Shown here one piece after another: positions 9,997-21,693 of a stretch of DNA of 64,000 bases (position 1 is the stretch's first letter; each line of letters begins with the position of its first letter). Source of the stretch: an uncultured Candidatus Saccharibacteria bacterium. Its GTDB lineage: Bacteria > Patescibacteriota > UBA1384 > JAMDBS01 > CAYSHH01. The notes under the pieces are model-generated. The model saw nothing but the letters and a program-made list of their open reading frames with translations, had not been told where the DNA came from and ran no database searches. Location: contig CAYSHH010000001.1 of NCBI GenBank assembly GCA_964430945.1, forward strand, positions 6,473 through 70,472, given 5' to 3'. A program made the translations under genes and the position numbers.

Positions 9997-10023
9997 TATC
10001 AGTAACTTTGCGGTTGTAAGAAT
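9997..10023 (-). repeat. 3' arm of the 16S processing stem (pairs with 11684-11710)
   Basis: TATCAGTAACTTTGCGGTTGTAAGAAT is the reverse complement (25/27) of ATTCTTACAACCGCAGAGTTACCGATA. Confidence 0.85.
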
Positions 10024-10096
10024 GTTCAGAAATAAATTTCTGAAATCGATCTAGTAAGTTTCAAATATAAATATTCAATTCTTACTGATTCCTTTA

Positions 10097-11595
<1,499 letters not shown>

Positions 11596-11683
11596 ATATA
11601 GTTCGCTCCAGCAAATGCTGGATCTGGCTACAAAAAGAAATTAACAAAGTGTTTATTATACTGTGATCTGTTAAAAGCACAGT

Positions 11684-11710
11684 ATTCTTACAACCGCAGA
11701 GTTACCGATA
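11684..11710 (-). repeat. 5' arm of the 16S processing stem
   Basis: Inverted repeat of 9997-10023. Confidence 0.85.
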
Positions 11711-11880
11711 AGGTTACTCTGCAAAATAATTTAATAAAGAACAAAGAGTAACAAAAAGTTGTCAGGAACAAGTTCTCGACAACTTTTCGCAACTCTTTCA
11801 GATTGTATATATTTGTTAAGCCATTGATAAATCTCCCTCACTTTTTTTATCAGCCGATACCGTTAAAAAATAATTTATGA

Positions 11881-11889
11881 TTATCCACA
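11881..11889 (+). promoter_or_regulatory. Perfect DnaA box (TTATCCACA)
   Basis: Exact consensus nonamer just downstream of the predicted 16S start site; single copy. Confidence 0.45.
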
Positions 11890-11898
11890 AGCATCAAT

Positions 11899-11927
11899 AT
11901 GATAGCATGCTTAAAAATATTAGTCAA
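11899..11927 (-). promoter_or_regulatory. 16S rRNA promoter
   Basis: TTGACT (11927-11922), 17-nt spacer, extended TGcTATCAT (-10 at 11904-11899). Confidence 0.8.
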
Positions 11928-11935
11928 GGCCGGTT

Positions 11936-13423
11936 TTAACCTAAACTTTTTACAAACTCAATCAACGTTTTTACGCCAGCACCAGACCCACCTTTTTGGA
12001 TATAAGGCTTAGTAGGTCTAATCTGGATTGCACTACCGGCAATGTCCATATGCATCCACTTTATTTTCGGATCAACAAACTCTTCCAAAAACGCTGCGGC
12101 AGTTGATGCTCCTCCTTCACTACCTTTGCCAAGATTCTGTAAATCAGCAACACTGGATTTCATCTCTTCATGATGGACATTATCCATAGGAAGTTGCCAC
12201 AATTTTTCATAACTATTTTTTGATCTATCGATTGCCTTTTCAATCATTGACTGATTATTTCCAAACACGGCAGTATATTCAAAACCGAGTGCTATCATGC
12301 AAGCACCAGTTAATGTTGCCAAATCTATCATATAATTTGGCTTATATTGCTTACCGATATAAGAAAGTACGTCAGCCAAAACCAATCTTCCTTCAGCATC
12401 AGTATTAATAACCTCTACTGTTTTTCCATTATATGCTTTCCAAATATCACCTGGTTTTTGTGCTTTGTGTCCTGGCAAATTTTCGCAAGCACCTATCGCT
12501 CCAATAATGCGAATATTTTTAGGATTCATTTTAGAAATAACCTGAAATGCCCCCAGCACAGAAGCCGAACCAGCCATATCCATCTTCATTAACTCCATAT
12601 GCTCAGACGGTTTTATTGAAATACCCCCCGAATCAAAGGTCAAACCCTTCCCAACAAAAGCAATAGTTTTATTATATTTTCGAGGCCTATAGTCAAGTAC
12701 AATCATCCTTGCGTCTTCATCTGATCCACGAGCCACAGATGCAAAAAGCCCCATACCCATCTCAGTTATCTTACTTTCATCATATATTTTTACAGAGATA
12801 TTTTTACATTCTTTAGCGATATTTTTAGCTTCCTCGGCTAATTTTTTTGGATTGATAATATTGGATGGATGATTAGTTAAATCCCTGGCCAGATAGATTC
12901 CCTCTATTAAATTTTGAGCGCTCTTTACAATATCATTAAGCTTAGTTATATCCTTTTGGCCGTCATAAACGAAGTCTATTTGAGATAGTTTTGTATCTTT
13001 CTTCTTGGATTTATGATGATGAAATCTGTATAAGGATAAAAGTGTAATCTCAACAGTATCTCTTAAGAAATCTTCATTCTTATTGCCCACATAAATAGCA
13101 CAACTTCTGATACTCGTTTTGCCAACATAGATTATTGCTAAAGAAATTGCTTTATTATATCCTTCCATATTTAAATCTTTTTTCTTACCAAGCCCAACAA
13201 GTACAATCTTTTTAACTTTAAGTTTTTCATAACTATAAACTACATGCACTTCGCCTAATTCTGGTGTAAAATACCCATCTTTAATAATTTCCGAAATCCA
13301 TCCGCCAAGTTTTTTATCAACTACTTTAGCCTGTCCAGATAATTTTTCATCACTATAAATCGGCAATATCATTGCCTGAAAATTTAAATCAACTAATTGT
13401 TTATCACTAAATTTAATTTTCAT
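11936..13423 (-). CDS. pepA: Leucyl aminopeptidase (M17)
   Basis: VGKGLTFDSGGISIK, MKMDMAG, NTDAEGRLVLAD, DLATLTGA. Confidence 0.96.
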   Translation of the reverse strand: MKIKFSDKQLVDLNFQAMILPIYSDEKLSGQAKVVDKKLGGWISEIIKDGYFTPELGEVHVVYSYEKLKVKKIVLVGLGKKKDLNMEGYNKAISLAIIYVGKTSIRSCAIYVGNKNEDFLRDTVEITLLSLYRFHHHKSKKKDTKLSQIDFVYDGQKDITKLNDIVKSAQNLIEGIYLARDLTNHPSNIINPKKLAEEAKNIAKECKNISVKIYDESKITEMGMGLFASVARGSDEDARMIVLDYRPRKYNKTIAFVGKGLTFDSGGISIKPSEHMELMKMDMAGSASVLGAFQVISKMNPKNIRIIGAIGACENLPGHKAQKPGDIWKAYNGKTVEVINTDAEGRLVLADVLSYIGKQYKPNYMIDLATLTGACMIALGFEYTAVFGNNQSMIEKAIDRSKNSYEKLWQLPMDNVHHEEMKSSVADLQNLGKGSEGGASTAAAFLEEFVDPKIKWMHMDIAGSAIQIRPTKPYIQKGGSGAGVKTLIEFVKSLG

Positions 13424-13440
13424 ATTATAATTTAAAAAAG

Positions 13441-14043
13441 TTATTTCTTTCTAACCACTTCATCGATAATACCGTATTTTTTAGCTTCATCCGCGCGCAT
13501 GAAAAAATCTCTGTCGGTATCTTTTTCAATTTGAGATATTTTTTGTCCAGTATGCTCAGCAAGAATTTTATTTACTTGGTCTTTTGTCTTTAAAACTTCT
13601 TCTGCCTGAATCTTGATATCAGTAGCTTGCCCCTCAAATCCACCCATTACTTGATGGATTAAAATCTTTGAGTTAGGTAGCGCATAGCGCTTGCCTTTTG
13701 CACCACCCGCCAAAAGAAAGGCTCCCATACTAGCTGCCATACCCACACATATAGTTGCTACATCAGGTTTTACATATTTCATCGTATCGTATATCGCAAG
13801 CCCGGAAGTAACAGAACCACCTGGTGAATTTATATAAATTTCAATATCTTTCTTTGAATCATCAGCTTCCAAAAATAAAAGCTGAGCAATAATGATGTTT
13901 GCCATATGATCATCGATCTGACCACCAACGAATATTATTCTATCTCTAAGTAGTCGAGAATATATATCATATGCCCTCTCCCCCATCTCAGATTTTTCAA
14001 TTACTGTGGGTATAAGCACCTGGTTTTTTATTTCATTATTCAT
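13441..14043 (-). CDS. clpP: ATP-dependent Clp protease proteolytic subunit
   Basis: [29 protein letters not shown]; start moved from 14118 to ATG 14043. Confidence 0.97.
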   Translation of the reverse strand: MNNEIKNQVLIPTVIEKSEMGERAYDIYSRLLRDRIIFVGGQIDDHMANIIIAQLLFLEADDSKKDIEIYINSPGGSVTSGLAIYDTMKYVKPDVATICVGMAASMGAFLLAGGAKGKRYALPNSKILIHQVMGGFEGQATDIKIQAEEVLKTKDQVNKILAEHTGQKISQIEKDTDRDFFMRADEAKKYGIIDEVVRKK

Positions 14044-14114
14044 AAGTACATATAAAATACCAACTTCACACCTTAAAATCAAGTAAAAAACCCCTCTTGC
14101 GAAGGGGCTTGTAC

Positions 14115-15482
14115 TCATATTCTTAAATAATAATATATTGGCTGTTCAATTACAGCCTCGTTATTCCGTATGAATTCAACAAAATGATGTTTTGTTTCAC
14201 TGATCTCCAATATCAAACCATCATTTTCAATAAATAATGAAAGACCAGAATGAAATTTGATTTTTTGTTCATTGATCAGCTTTAATTTCTTATCCTCCAG
14301 TTCATGCTTGCTATTGATCATTTTTTCAAAAATTATCATCTCTATGTACCCCATACTAAGATTATCGATAAGACAATTAAATTCCTGTAATTCCTTTTTA
14401 TCCTTTTTCCTCACCCTCGAGCTAATCAATCTCAATATCTCGCACTCTGTTTTTCTGACCAATTCTGTTTTAGTAACATATTCCATAAACCTTTTAAACC
14501 GATAAGCTATATATATTTCTACACTCCTTCCGAGAGGGTTAAAGTAGAAATATCTTGCCATTAAAGAACGTATCAGTAAAAACCAGTACACCTCTCTATT
14601 ATTTTTACAAATTAATTTACCATTACCATCAAAATAAAAATTTAGATAACAGTCAGCAAAATTACAATCCTTAAATCTCAACTCCGGCAACTCAAACTCA
14701 TACAGACTTTCAGTTTCTGGACGTACCCGGCTAAAATCAAGAGCTGTATAACTAAGCCGGTCAACAACTTTACTAAAAAAATAGTATAGTCGTGAGAGTT
14801 CAGGTGAGACTTCATTAAATTTTCTCTCAAATAATGCCAACACTTTTTCAAGATCTATGCCATATTTAATACAAAAATTTTTAACAATATTTTGGTCAAG
14901 ACCAGAGATGTATAATCGAAGATTTTTTTCCTCATCATAATCTGCGTAATAAAAATACTTCATCATATCTCCAAAAGCAGAAGTCGCTGCATCATGCAGA
15001 AGTGCCATTAATATTCCAAAATTTATTATTTCCTCAGAATAATGCCCCTGTTTTCTCATCCATATTTCCAACATGACTGCCGAAGTTATAGTATGATAAA
15101 ACCGACTATGAGTTGGGCATCCGACAATCATTCTTTCATCCATATCCGATTTTGGATTGTAATATGGTAAATGAGTGAATTGCCTTATTTCGTGCAATCG
15201 ATCGAGCCCAAAAACTCCAATCGTACAATTATATATATCACCCTTAATCAATATACTCTTTCCATTTATCCCAGAAAAATTACTAAACGGAATATGCACA
15301 AATATTGGATCTTCATAATAGTGTCGAGCCCCAATATTACCGCACATTTGATCCACCAAAACCAAATTGGGACCCAAAAGACCTTTCTCGAAATCAAAAA
15401 TACCGTCCTTAATCTCTTCTGTCTCAACCCAAGTTTGATTTTTAAGTGTATATTGAAAATTTTTAAAAATTTTAAAAGACAT
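14115..15482 (-). CDS. HD-domain phosphohydrolase (SAMHD1/YwfO-like, possible dNTPase)
   Basis: RL..IRQ, HSRFYH, ALLHD and VDRLSY motifs; SD AGGAGG; own terminator at 14085-14107. Confidence 0.8.
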   Translation of the reverse strand: MSFKIFKNFQYTLKNQTWVETEEIKDGIFDFEKGLLGPNLVLVDQMCGNIGARHYYEDPIFVHIPFSNFSGINGKSILIKGDIYNCTIGVFGLDRLHEIRQFTHLPYYNPKSDMDERMIVGCPTHSRFYHTITSAVMLEIWMRKQGHYSEEIINFGILMALLHDAATSAFGDMMKYFYYADYDEEKNLRLYISGLDQNIVKNFCIKYGIDLEKVLALFERKFNEVSPELSRLYYFFSKVVDRLSYTALDFSRVRPETESLYEFELPELRFKDCNFADCYLNFYFDGNGKLICKNNREVYWFLLIRSLMARYFYFNPLGRSVEIYIAYRFKRFMEYVTKTELVRKTECEILRLISSRVRKKDKKELQEFNCLIDNLSMGYIEMIIFEKMINSKHELEDKKLKLINEQKIKFHSGLSLFIENDGLILEISETKHHFVEFIRNNEAVIEQPIYYYLRI

Positions 15483-15620
15483 ATCTTATTCCTCCTAAAC
15501 AATAAAATGAGGATTTATTATATAAGATTTTCCAATATTACTCAAACATTACATATAAAAAACGGCCCTTCATAGAGCCGCGTCCTAAAAATAAAAATAA
15601 AAATAATTTTACACAGTTAA

Positions 15621-16052
15621 TTAAATACCAAATTCCTGTGCCTTTCTTTTAAAATCCGGTCCGGCCATATTTACTGTCTCTAGGACAGAGACGATGAAAT
15701 CAAATGCCTGCTTAAATTGATCATCTTTAGATAAAAAAACTTTAACAGCTTCATAGATTTCTGAATCGTCGAACTTATATTTTCTAATATGTTTCCCGGT
15801 AAAACTATGAGAAAAATTAGCTAATATCTGGGAAAAGACATCAGACGTCACAGGATCATCATATAGATTAAACATAATATGATATCCGACAAACAAGTTT
15901 CTTACGCTCGCGAATCGAAGTGACAATTGACCACATATGTCGACTATTTGGCAATCGCTTAAATCAGTTTTATGATCACTTTTTTGTGTAAATCCCCACA
16001 AAATTGCTCGAACCAAATCTGATCCAACCATTCTTTGAGTTTTTAATCCCAT
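15621..16052 (-). CDS. Hypothetical protein, paralogue of 16142-16594
   Basis: SD GAGGTG before ATG 16052; aligns along its length with the neighbour; terminator at 15557-15580. Confidence 0.7.
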   Translation of the reverse strand: MGLKTQRMVGSDLVRAILWGFTQKSDHKTDLSDCQIVDICGQLSLRFASVRNLFVGYHIMFNLYDDPVTSDVFSQILANFSHSFTGKHIRKYKFDDSEIYEAVKVFLSKDDQFKQAFDFIVSVLETVNMAGPDFKRKAQEFGI

Positions 16053-16141
16053 ATTAAATACCACCTCTCAAAAATTTTATTGACTACACTCAACATAATG
16101 AAAATCAATAATAATAAAACGATATTTGCTAAGTAATTGGT

Positions 16142-16594
16142 TTATCTAAACAAATATTCATTTTCTATATCAGCATCATATAGGCAAATACTTCCTTGAC
16201 AAGTTTGCTCGCAAAGGGTTCCTAGGTAACTCTTTAGAAAATCAAACTCATTTCCGTACCCACTTTCCCTTAAATATTTTTCCACCTCTGTATATTTTTG
16301 AGAATCGTCTCTGCTATATCTTCTCTGGCCATATAGCTCGGCAATATATGAAAATGGTAAATTATCTAACATTCCAGATAGTTCACAAGACTTTATTGGA
16401 TAACTGTGAAAGTCAAAAAATATTCCTAATTCTGAAAAAAGTGTTTTTATTCTTTCATGATTGCGAGCTACAAATCCCAAGGCATAAACAATCATTGAAT
16501 CTTCCAATACCATCATTCTTTCATAATTTTCCACTAGAATCCAAACCAGGGCTCTAACCAAATCAACACCCGTTATCTCGTTCTTTTCACACAT
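16142..16594 (-). CDS. Hypothetical protein, paralogue of 15621-16052
   Basis: G.DLVRA..W ... DDS..Y..V...L ... FDF..S.L shared with the neighbour; probable start ATG 16594. Confidence 0.7.
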   Translation of the reverse strand: MCEKNEITGVDLVRALVWILVENYERMMVLEDSMIVYALGFVARNHERIKTLFSELGIFFDFHSYPIKSCELSGMLDNLPFSYIAELYGQRRYSRDDSQKYTEVEKYLRESGYGNEFDFLKSYLGTLCEQTCQGSICLYDADIENEYLFR

Positions 16595-16654
16595 TTTTAA
16601 ACACCATCCCTTTTTCAATTTTTCACATTAATATTATCAAATATATTTAAAAAT

Positions 16655-16685
16655 AAAAACAACTCCACGCATGCAGAGTTGTTTT
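16655..16685 (-). terminator. tig terminator
   Basis: AAAACAACTC...GAGTTGTTTT inverted repeat after the tig stop. Confidence 0.65.
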
Positions 16686-16706
16686 GTCTATATTTTATTA
16701 AAATAT

Positions 16707-17888
16707 CTACTTAGTAGCGATCTCAATAAGCTTATCGAGAGTCTTTTTTACTGCTTTTTGCTGCAACTCATGATTTTTCTTCATATCAGTTCCAAGTTTT
16801 TTGGGATCAAAGTGCCCCATGTCTTTCGAAATCTCGCTAAGAGCTAATGATATTTTTACACCTTTTTCGGCATTAGGCTTGATATCATCTCTCAATTGAA
16901 CCAAAGTTTTACCCATATTCTCTAAATATTTTCCAAATGCTGGGCCAGTTTGTTGTTTTATAGTATCGATTCTTCGATCAATTTCCTGCTCAATTAAAGC
17001 TTCAGAAATATCTATTTCAACATTTTTAAGCACCTCATCAAGCACTTTTGATTCAAGTATTTGTCTATCTTTTTGTTCCTTTTCTGCGACTATACTTTTC
17101 GCGATAGCATCCTTCAATGCCTTCATTCCTTTGTGACCGAATTTTTTGGCAAATTCTTGATCTTCTTTAGGAAGTTTTACATGCCATACTTCATCAATCA
17201 CTACGTCAAAATTTACATCATCTTTTTGTATCTTCATTTTAAAATTAAGATTGTCACCTTTTTTGGTATCAATAAGTTTCTCTTCAAACTTAGGCATAAG
17301 CACACCCTCACCTAAGATAAACGGATAATGCTTCGAAGTATATTTATCTATCTGCACACCTTTTACCTTACCAATAAAGCTAACCTCCATACGATCACCC
17401 TTTTTCGCCTTATCTGATGTGATAGAATATTCTGCACCTTGTTGTTTTAAGCGATCGATAACCTTACCAACTTCACTGTCAGTAGCTTCAATTTTTGCTT
17501 TATCGTGCTTTGCTTTTATTTTTTTATAATTACCTAACTTAATTTCTGGTAAAAGATCTACTTCTGCTTCAAAACTAAATGGCTTATTTTCATCGAATGT
17601 AATGACATTCACTTTTGGGCTTCCTACCGGCACAAGCTTTTTCTCATGAACAACCCTAGAATAAATCTGAGGCAATGCGATATTCAATGCTTCAGAATTG
17701 TATTTTCCACGACCAATAGTCTCAATAGTAAGCATACGAGGCGCCTTACCTGGTCTAAAACCTTTGATGTCTACTGTCAATGCAAGTTTAGTATAGGCTT
17801 CGTCAAAATATCGCTTCATATTTACTACATCTTCAGTAATTGTAAGTTTAACTTTTGATTTGGGTAATTTTTCTATTTTAATATCCAT
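16707..17888 (-). CDS. tig: Trigger factor
   Basis: IKGFRPGKAP ribosome-binding motif, FKBP-like middle domain. Confidence 0.95.
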   Translation of the reverse strand: MDIKIEKLPKSKVKLTITEDVVNMKRYFDEAYTKLALTVDIKGFRPGKAPRMLTIETIGRGKYNSEALNIALPQIYSRVVHEKKLVPVGSPKVNVITFDENKPFSFEAEVDLLPEIKLGNYKKIKAKHDKAKIEATDSEVGKVIDRLKQQGAEYSITSDKAKKGDRMEVSFIGKVKGVQIDKYTSKHYPFILGEGVLMPKFEEKLIDTKKGDNLNFKMKIQKDDVNFDVVIDEVWHVKLPKEDQEFAKKFGHKGMKALKDAIAKSIVAEKEQKDRQILESKVLDEVLKNVEIDISEALIEQEIDRRIDTIKQQTGPAFGKYLENMGKTLVQLRDDIKPNAEKGVKISLALSEISKDMGHFDPKKLGTDMKKNHELQQKAVKKTLDKLIEIATK

Positions 17889-18030
17889 AATAATCCTAAC
17901 CTTTTCATCCTGAATTTTCTTCAGGATCCATGTTTTATATCTTATTATTTATGTATTTTGCACTGCCATTATACCATATTCTTTAGGTAAAAAAAAGGCG
18001 GCCATAGGCCGCATTAATACAAAAAACTCG

Positions 18031-18141
18031 TTAGTTTCCGAGAGTCATCAAATATTGACACTCCCGGTAAAAATGCCAGTACATATATCCAACTCCGAAA
18101 TCTCTATCGGCTGCTGCCGAAGAGCATAAATCGATTTCCAT
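18031..18141 (-). CDS. Small protein (36 aa) absent from the ORF track
   Basis: SD AAAGGAGGTT before ATG; MEIDLCSSAAADRDFGVGYMYWHFYRECQYLMTLGN; hairpin plus T-tract at 17989-18012. Confidence 0.5.
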   Translation of the reverse strand: MEIDLCSSAAADRDFGVGYMYWHFYRECQYLMTLGN

Positions 18142-18183
18142 CAGTCGAACCTCCTTTAAAAAATCCGATTACTCTCCTACTTG

Positions 18184-18369
18184 TCAAAAATTAAATGGAT
18201 CATAAGTCGCAACAACGAATGCCATCTCCGGATCAGCAGATATTATCTGCCGTATCCTTTTTTCTGCGCTGTCATAGTACTCGTCGTACTGATCCGATAT
18301 TGCAGAAAAATTATTAACAAACCAATTAATAATCTCTGCCAAAGACATTTCCGAAAAATTCACATCCAT
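18184..18369 (-). CDS. Small acidic hypothetical protein
   Basis: SD GAGGAGGT before ATG; 61 aa. Confidence 0.6.
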   Translation of the reverse strand: MDVNFSEMSLAEIINWFVNNFSAISDQYDEYYDSAEKRIRQIISADPEMAFVVATYDPFNF

Positions 18370-18514
18370 TTAGAATACCTCCTCGCAGTTGGATATTTTA
18401 TTAAAAAATACAAAAAACTTATAATAAACAAGATTAAATCGATGATATCCATAATAGCATCATGTAAAAGAACATGATATCTTTTTACCATAAAAAAACA
18501 AATCGGTAAAGGAC

Positions 18515-19492
18515 CTAAATCAATTTTAAATATTCTTCTTCTATTCTTGACCGTGTAAGTATTCCATTTTGCGCACCAATTTCCTCAGTGACCAATCCAC
18601 CGTTTATCACTCCCCATTTAAGAGCCTTTGCGAGATTCTCATCTTTAATATAACTTGCTAAAAAACCAGCGGAAAAAGCATCTCCCGCACCAGTGACTTC
18701 TACTGTTTTTGCCTTGATTGCTCTTTGGTGAATTATCCTCCCATCAATTTTAGAATAAGCTCCCAAAACTCCGTCAGTAACTACCAAATTTTTAATCCCA
18801 TATTCAGCCACCTTATAAAATATTTCTTTCATTTCAAGCGGAAAACGTGCCCCAAGAAGATGCTCCGCTTCTTCTTTGTTTAATATCAATATTTCAGCCA
18901 TCTTAAGAAGCAATAAAAAATCTTTTTTCTTTTCCTCAAGCTGCAGTTTTCCTGGATTTAAGGCGATTTTAATATTTTTTTCGGCCGCTAGACTTATTGC
19001 TTCTTTCTCATAGCCCTTACCAAGGGAACTAAGATAAAGCCATTTTGATCTTTTCAGCTTTGACACTTTTAGTTTTTTATAATCAAATTCATCCCTATAT
19101 ACAAGAATTGTTCTATCATTTTTATACCGAATAACGAACGAATATGTACTATGGATCTTTTTATCGGTTACAAAATTTACCAATCTAATATTTTCAGTTT
19201 CAATCAACGTCTTAATCTTTTCTCCCATTTCATCGTTACCACAAAAACTACAAAGTCCAGTATCTAGACCCAGTTTTGCCACTCCAGCTGCCACATTACA
19301 AGCCGTTCCGCCTAAAGAATAGTCAACACTTTCTACCGCAATTTTATCTCCATAAGAGAAACAAAGTAATTTCTCATAAGGAATATTGTGACTTACCGAT
19401 CTTCCAGACTTCAAAACTTCCGCTTCGTGCGGTCTAATAAATATATCATAAGTTGAATCACCAACACATATAAGATCGAGCATAACAATCAA
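18515..19492 (-). CDS. PfkB/ribokinase-family carbohydrate kinase
   Basis: GGTACNVA, LNPG, N..EA and VTGAGDAF signatures. Confidence 0.92.
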   Translation of the reverse strand: MIVMLDLICVGDSTYDIFIRPHEAEVLKSGRSVSHNIPYEKLLCFSYGDKIAVESVDYSLGGTACNVAAGVAKLGLDTGLCSFCGNDEMGEKIKTLIETENIRLVNFVTDKKIHSTYSFVIRYKNDRTILVYRDEFDYKKLKVSKLKRSKWLYLSSLGKGYEKEAISLAAEKNIKIALNPGKLQLEEKKKDFLLLLKMAEILILNKEEAEHLLGARFPLEMKEIFYKVAEYGIKNLVVTDGVLGAYSKIDGRIIHQRAIKAKTVEVTGAGDAFSAGFLASYIKDENLAKALKWGVINGGLVTEEIGAQNGILTRSRIEEEYLKLI

Positions 19493-19507
19493 TTATTAAT
19501 AAATTTA

Positions 19508-20353
19508 CTAAATTTTATTATCACTACCAAAAATCTTAATCTTTTTTTCTACCACTTTTCTCACTGCTTCCTTGGCAGATTCAAGTATCTCTCTCGGATC
19601 ATAAATATCTGGGTGATTCTGTTGAAACTTTTTAATACTTCCAGAAAAAGCCATTCTAATGTCCGTATCAATATTTACTTTTGACATACCCAGAGATATT
19701 GCCTTTTTCATATCGTTTATAGGAGTAGAAGAAGCACCGTGAAATACAAGAGGAATTTTCACCAATTTTGCTACTTGCGACAACACATCAAAATCTAATT
19801 TTTCTTTTGGGTCTGGCACACCATGAGCATTTCCAAAAGCAATAGCCAGACTATTAACTCCCGTAAGTTTAACAAATTTCAAAGCAATATCTGGGTCAGT
19901 ACACTTAATATTTTTGTTACTTATATCGTCCTCTACACCACCGATTGTTCCGATCTCACCTTCCACTTGAGCATCATATTTTTTGGCCAACTCTACTACT
20001 TCTTTTGTCAACTTAATATTATCATCATATTCAAGTTTTGACCCATCAATCATCACCGATTTATATCCAACCTCCAAACATCTTTTCACAATTTCAAAAT
20101 TACTTCCATGGTCAAGATGTAAGGCAACATCAATACCGAGCCTCTCCGACTCATTTTTCACCACATCATAAATATTTTCAAGTCCAGCATAATCTATCGC
20201 TTTTTCGGAAGTCTGAATCATTATCGGCGCCTTTGATTCTTTCGCAACATCCATAATGGCTTGTGTAATCTCAATATCGGAAGTGTTAAAAGCTCCGATA
20301 GCATACCCCTCTTGTCTCGCTTCTTCTAATTGTTTTTTTGGATTAATAATCAT
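19508..20353 (-). CDS. fba: Class II fructose-bisphosphate aldolase
   Basis: GYAIGAFN, LHLDHG, SVMIDGS, VEGEIG, GNAHG, FHGAS, KVNIDT. Confidence 0.95.
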   Translation of the reverse strand: MIINPKKQLEEARQEGYAIGAFNTSDIEITQAIMDVAKESKAPIMIQTSEKAIDYAGLENIYDVVKNESERLGIDVALHLDHGSNFEIVKRCLEVGYKSVMIDGSKLEYDDNIKLTKEVVELAKKYDAQVEGEIGTIGGVEDDISNKNIKCTDPDIALKFVKLTGVNSLAIAFGNAHGVPDPKEKLDFDVLSQVAKLVKIPLVFHGASSTPINDMKKAISLGMSKVNIDTDIRMAFSGSIKKFQQNHPDIYDPREILESAKEAVRKVVEKKIKIFGSDNKI

Positions 20354-20447
20354 AATTTTTAAAACGTTATTCTCCTATTAACTTTACTTGCCAACAATAC
20401 GAATATTAATTGTATATGTGAATATTTAACATCTAAAATTACAAAAA

Positions 20448-21602
20448 TCATTTACTATTTTCAAGCGCTTCTACTGCTGATAATTTTTCACCAGCAAGAT
20501 AAACCAAAGATGCACCGCCACCAGTAGATACATGTGTCATCTTATCAACCATACCCATCTTATCAACCTCGGCAATTGTATCACCGCCGCAAACTATTTT
20601 TTCTTCTGCACCTGATTCGGCAATAGCCTCGATTACTGCTTTTGTGCCCATCGCATATTTGAAGTTACCAAGTGATGTTAACCCCATTGTACCATTCCAA
20701 AATACAGTTTTAGCCTTACGAATAACCCATTTATATTGATCCTGAGTGGTTTTGCCAATATCAACCGCCATACCACCTTTCCACACAAGATCTGTTGGTA
20801 GGTAAAACTTCCCAGCATCTTTTGAATAAATATCGCTCGCCACCGAAACGCTATCCTTGTCATATTTAGAAGCTTTCATGTCAATTTTCCTACTTACCAA
20901 AAATGTATTTGCCATCACTCCACCAAGAAGTATTTTGTCTGCTTTTTTTACCAGTTTTTTGAGTATTTTAATCTTATCGGATACTTTCGCACCGCCGATA
21001 ATAAGAACAAATGGCTTCGGCGGGTTCTTAAGAATTTTTTGGAATACCTTTATTTCTTTCTCAAACAAAAGTCCTGCGTATGATGGAACAAATTTAGTAA
21101 CAGCTACCATACTTGCATGTTTTCTATGCGCGTTACCAAAAGCATCATCGACATAAATATCTCCAAGATCAGCAAGTTTCTTAGCAAAAACAGAATCATT
21201 TTCTTCTTCCCTAGGATCAAAACGAAGATTTTCCATCATTACTATTTTTTCACTCAATCTGTATATTGGTAACGCAAATTTATTATCATATTCTCTTTTC
21301 AACTTACTAAGATTAATTCTGAGCTTTTTAGCCAAATCATTTGCAATAGGCTCTAGCGTTAAACCATGATTGCCCTTAATAACATCTTCAATCTTGGCAT
21401 TTTTTTGAACAATTGGTCTGCCCATATGAGAAAGTATGATAATCTCTTTAACCTTATTTTTAATAAGGTATTTTATTGTAGGAATAGTCGCTCTAATTTT
21501 TACGTCATCAATTATTTTTCCGTAAGCATCCAACGTAACATTATAGTCCACCCTAAGTATCACTCTTTTATCTTTGACTGAAATATCTTTTATGGTTTTC
21601 AT
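20448..21602 (-). CDS. pgk: Phosphoglycerate kinase
   Basis: RVDYNV, SHMGRP, ENLRF, DAFGNAHR, GGAKVSDK, HVSTGGGAS. Confidence 0.97.
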   Translation of the reverse strand: MKTIKDISVKDKRVILRVDYNVTLDAYGKIIDDVKIRATIPTIKYLIKNKVKEIIILSHMGRPIVQKNAKIEDVIKGNHGLTLEPIANDLAKKLRINLSKLKREYDNKFALPIYRLSEKIVMMENLRFDPREEENDSVFAKKLADLGDIYVDDAFGNAHRKHASMVAVTKFVPSYAGLLFEKEIKVFQKILKNPPKPFVLIIGGAKVSDKIKILKKLVKKADKILLGGVMANTFLVSRKIDMKASKYDKDSVSVASDIYSKDAGKFYLPTDLVWKGGMAVDIGKTTQDQYKWVIRKAKTVFWNGTMGLTSLGNFKYAMGTKAVIEAIAESGAEEKIVCGGDTIAEVDKMGMVDKMTHVSTGGGASLVYLAGEKLSAVEALENSK

Positions 21603-21693
21603 AATTCAAAATATAATTATATGATTTATTTAATTTTATCCAACTTTAAGCTAAAATAAAAGTATAGACCTAAAATAAACTTAAGGAGGATTT

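Noticed and set aside
13441-14118. N-terminal extensions in the ORF track for clpP, the Clp ATPase, prfA, htrA and the SpoIIM-like gene
   Set aside because: Extensions run through terminators, promoters or upstream genes; downstream ATGs fit family starts and SD/overlap patterns better
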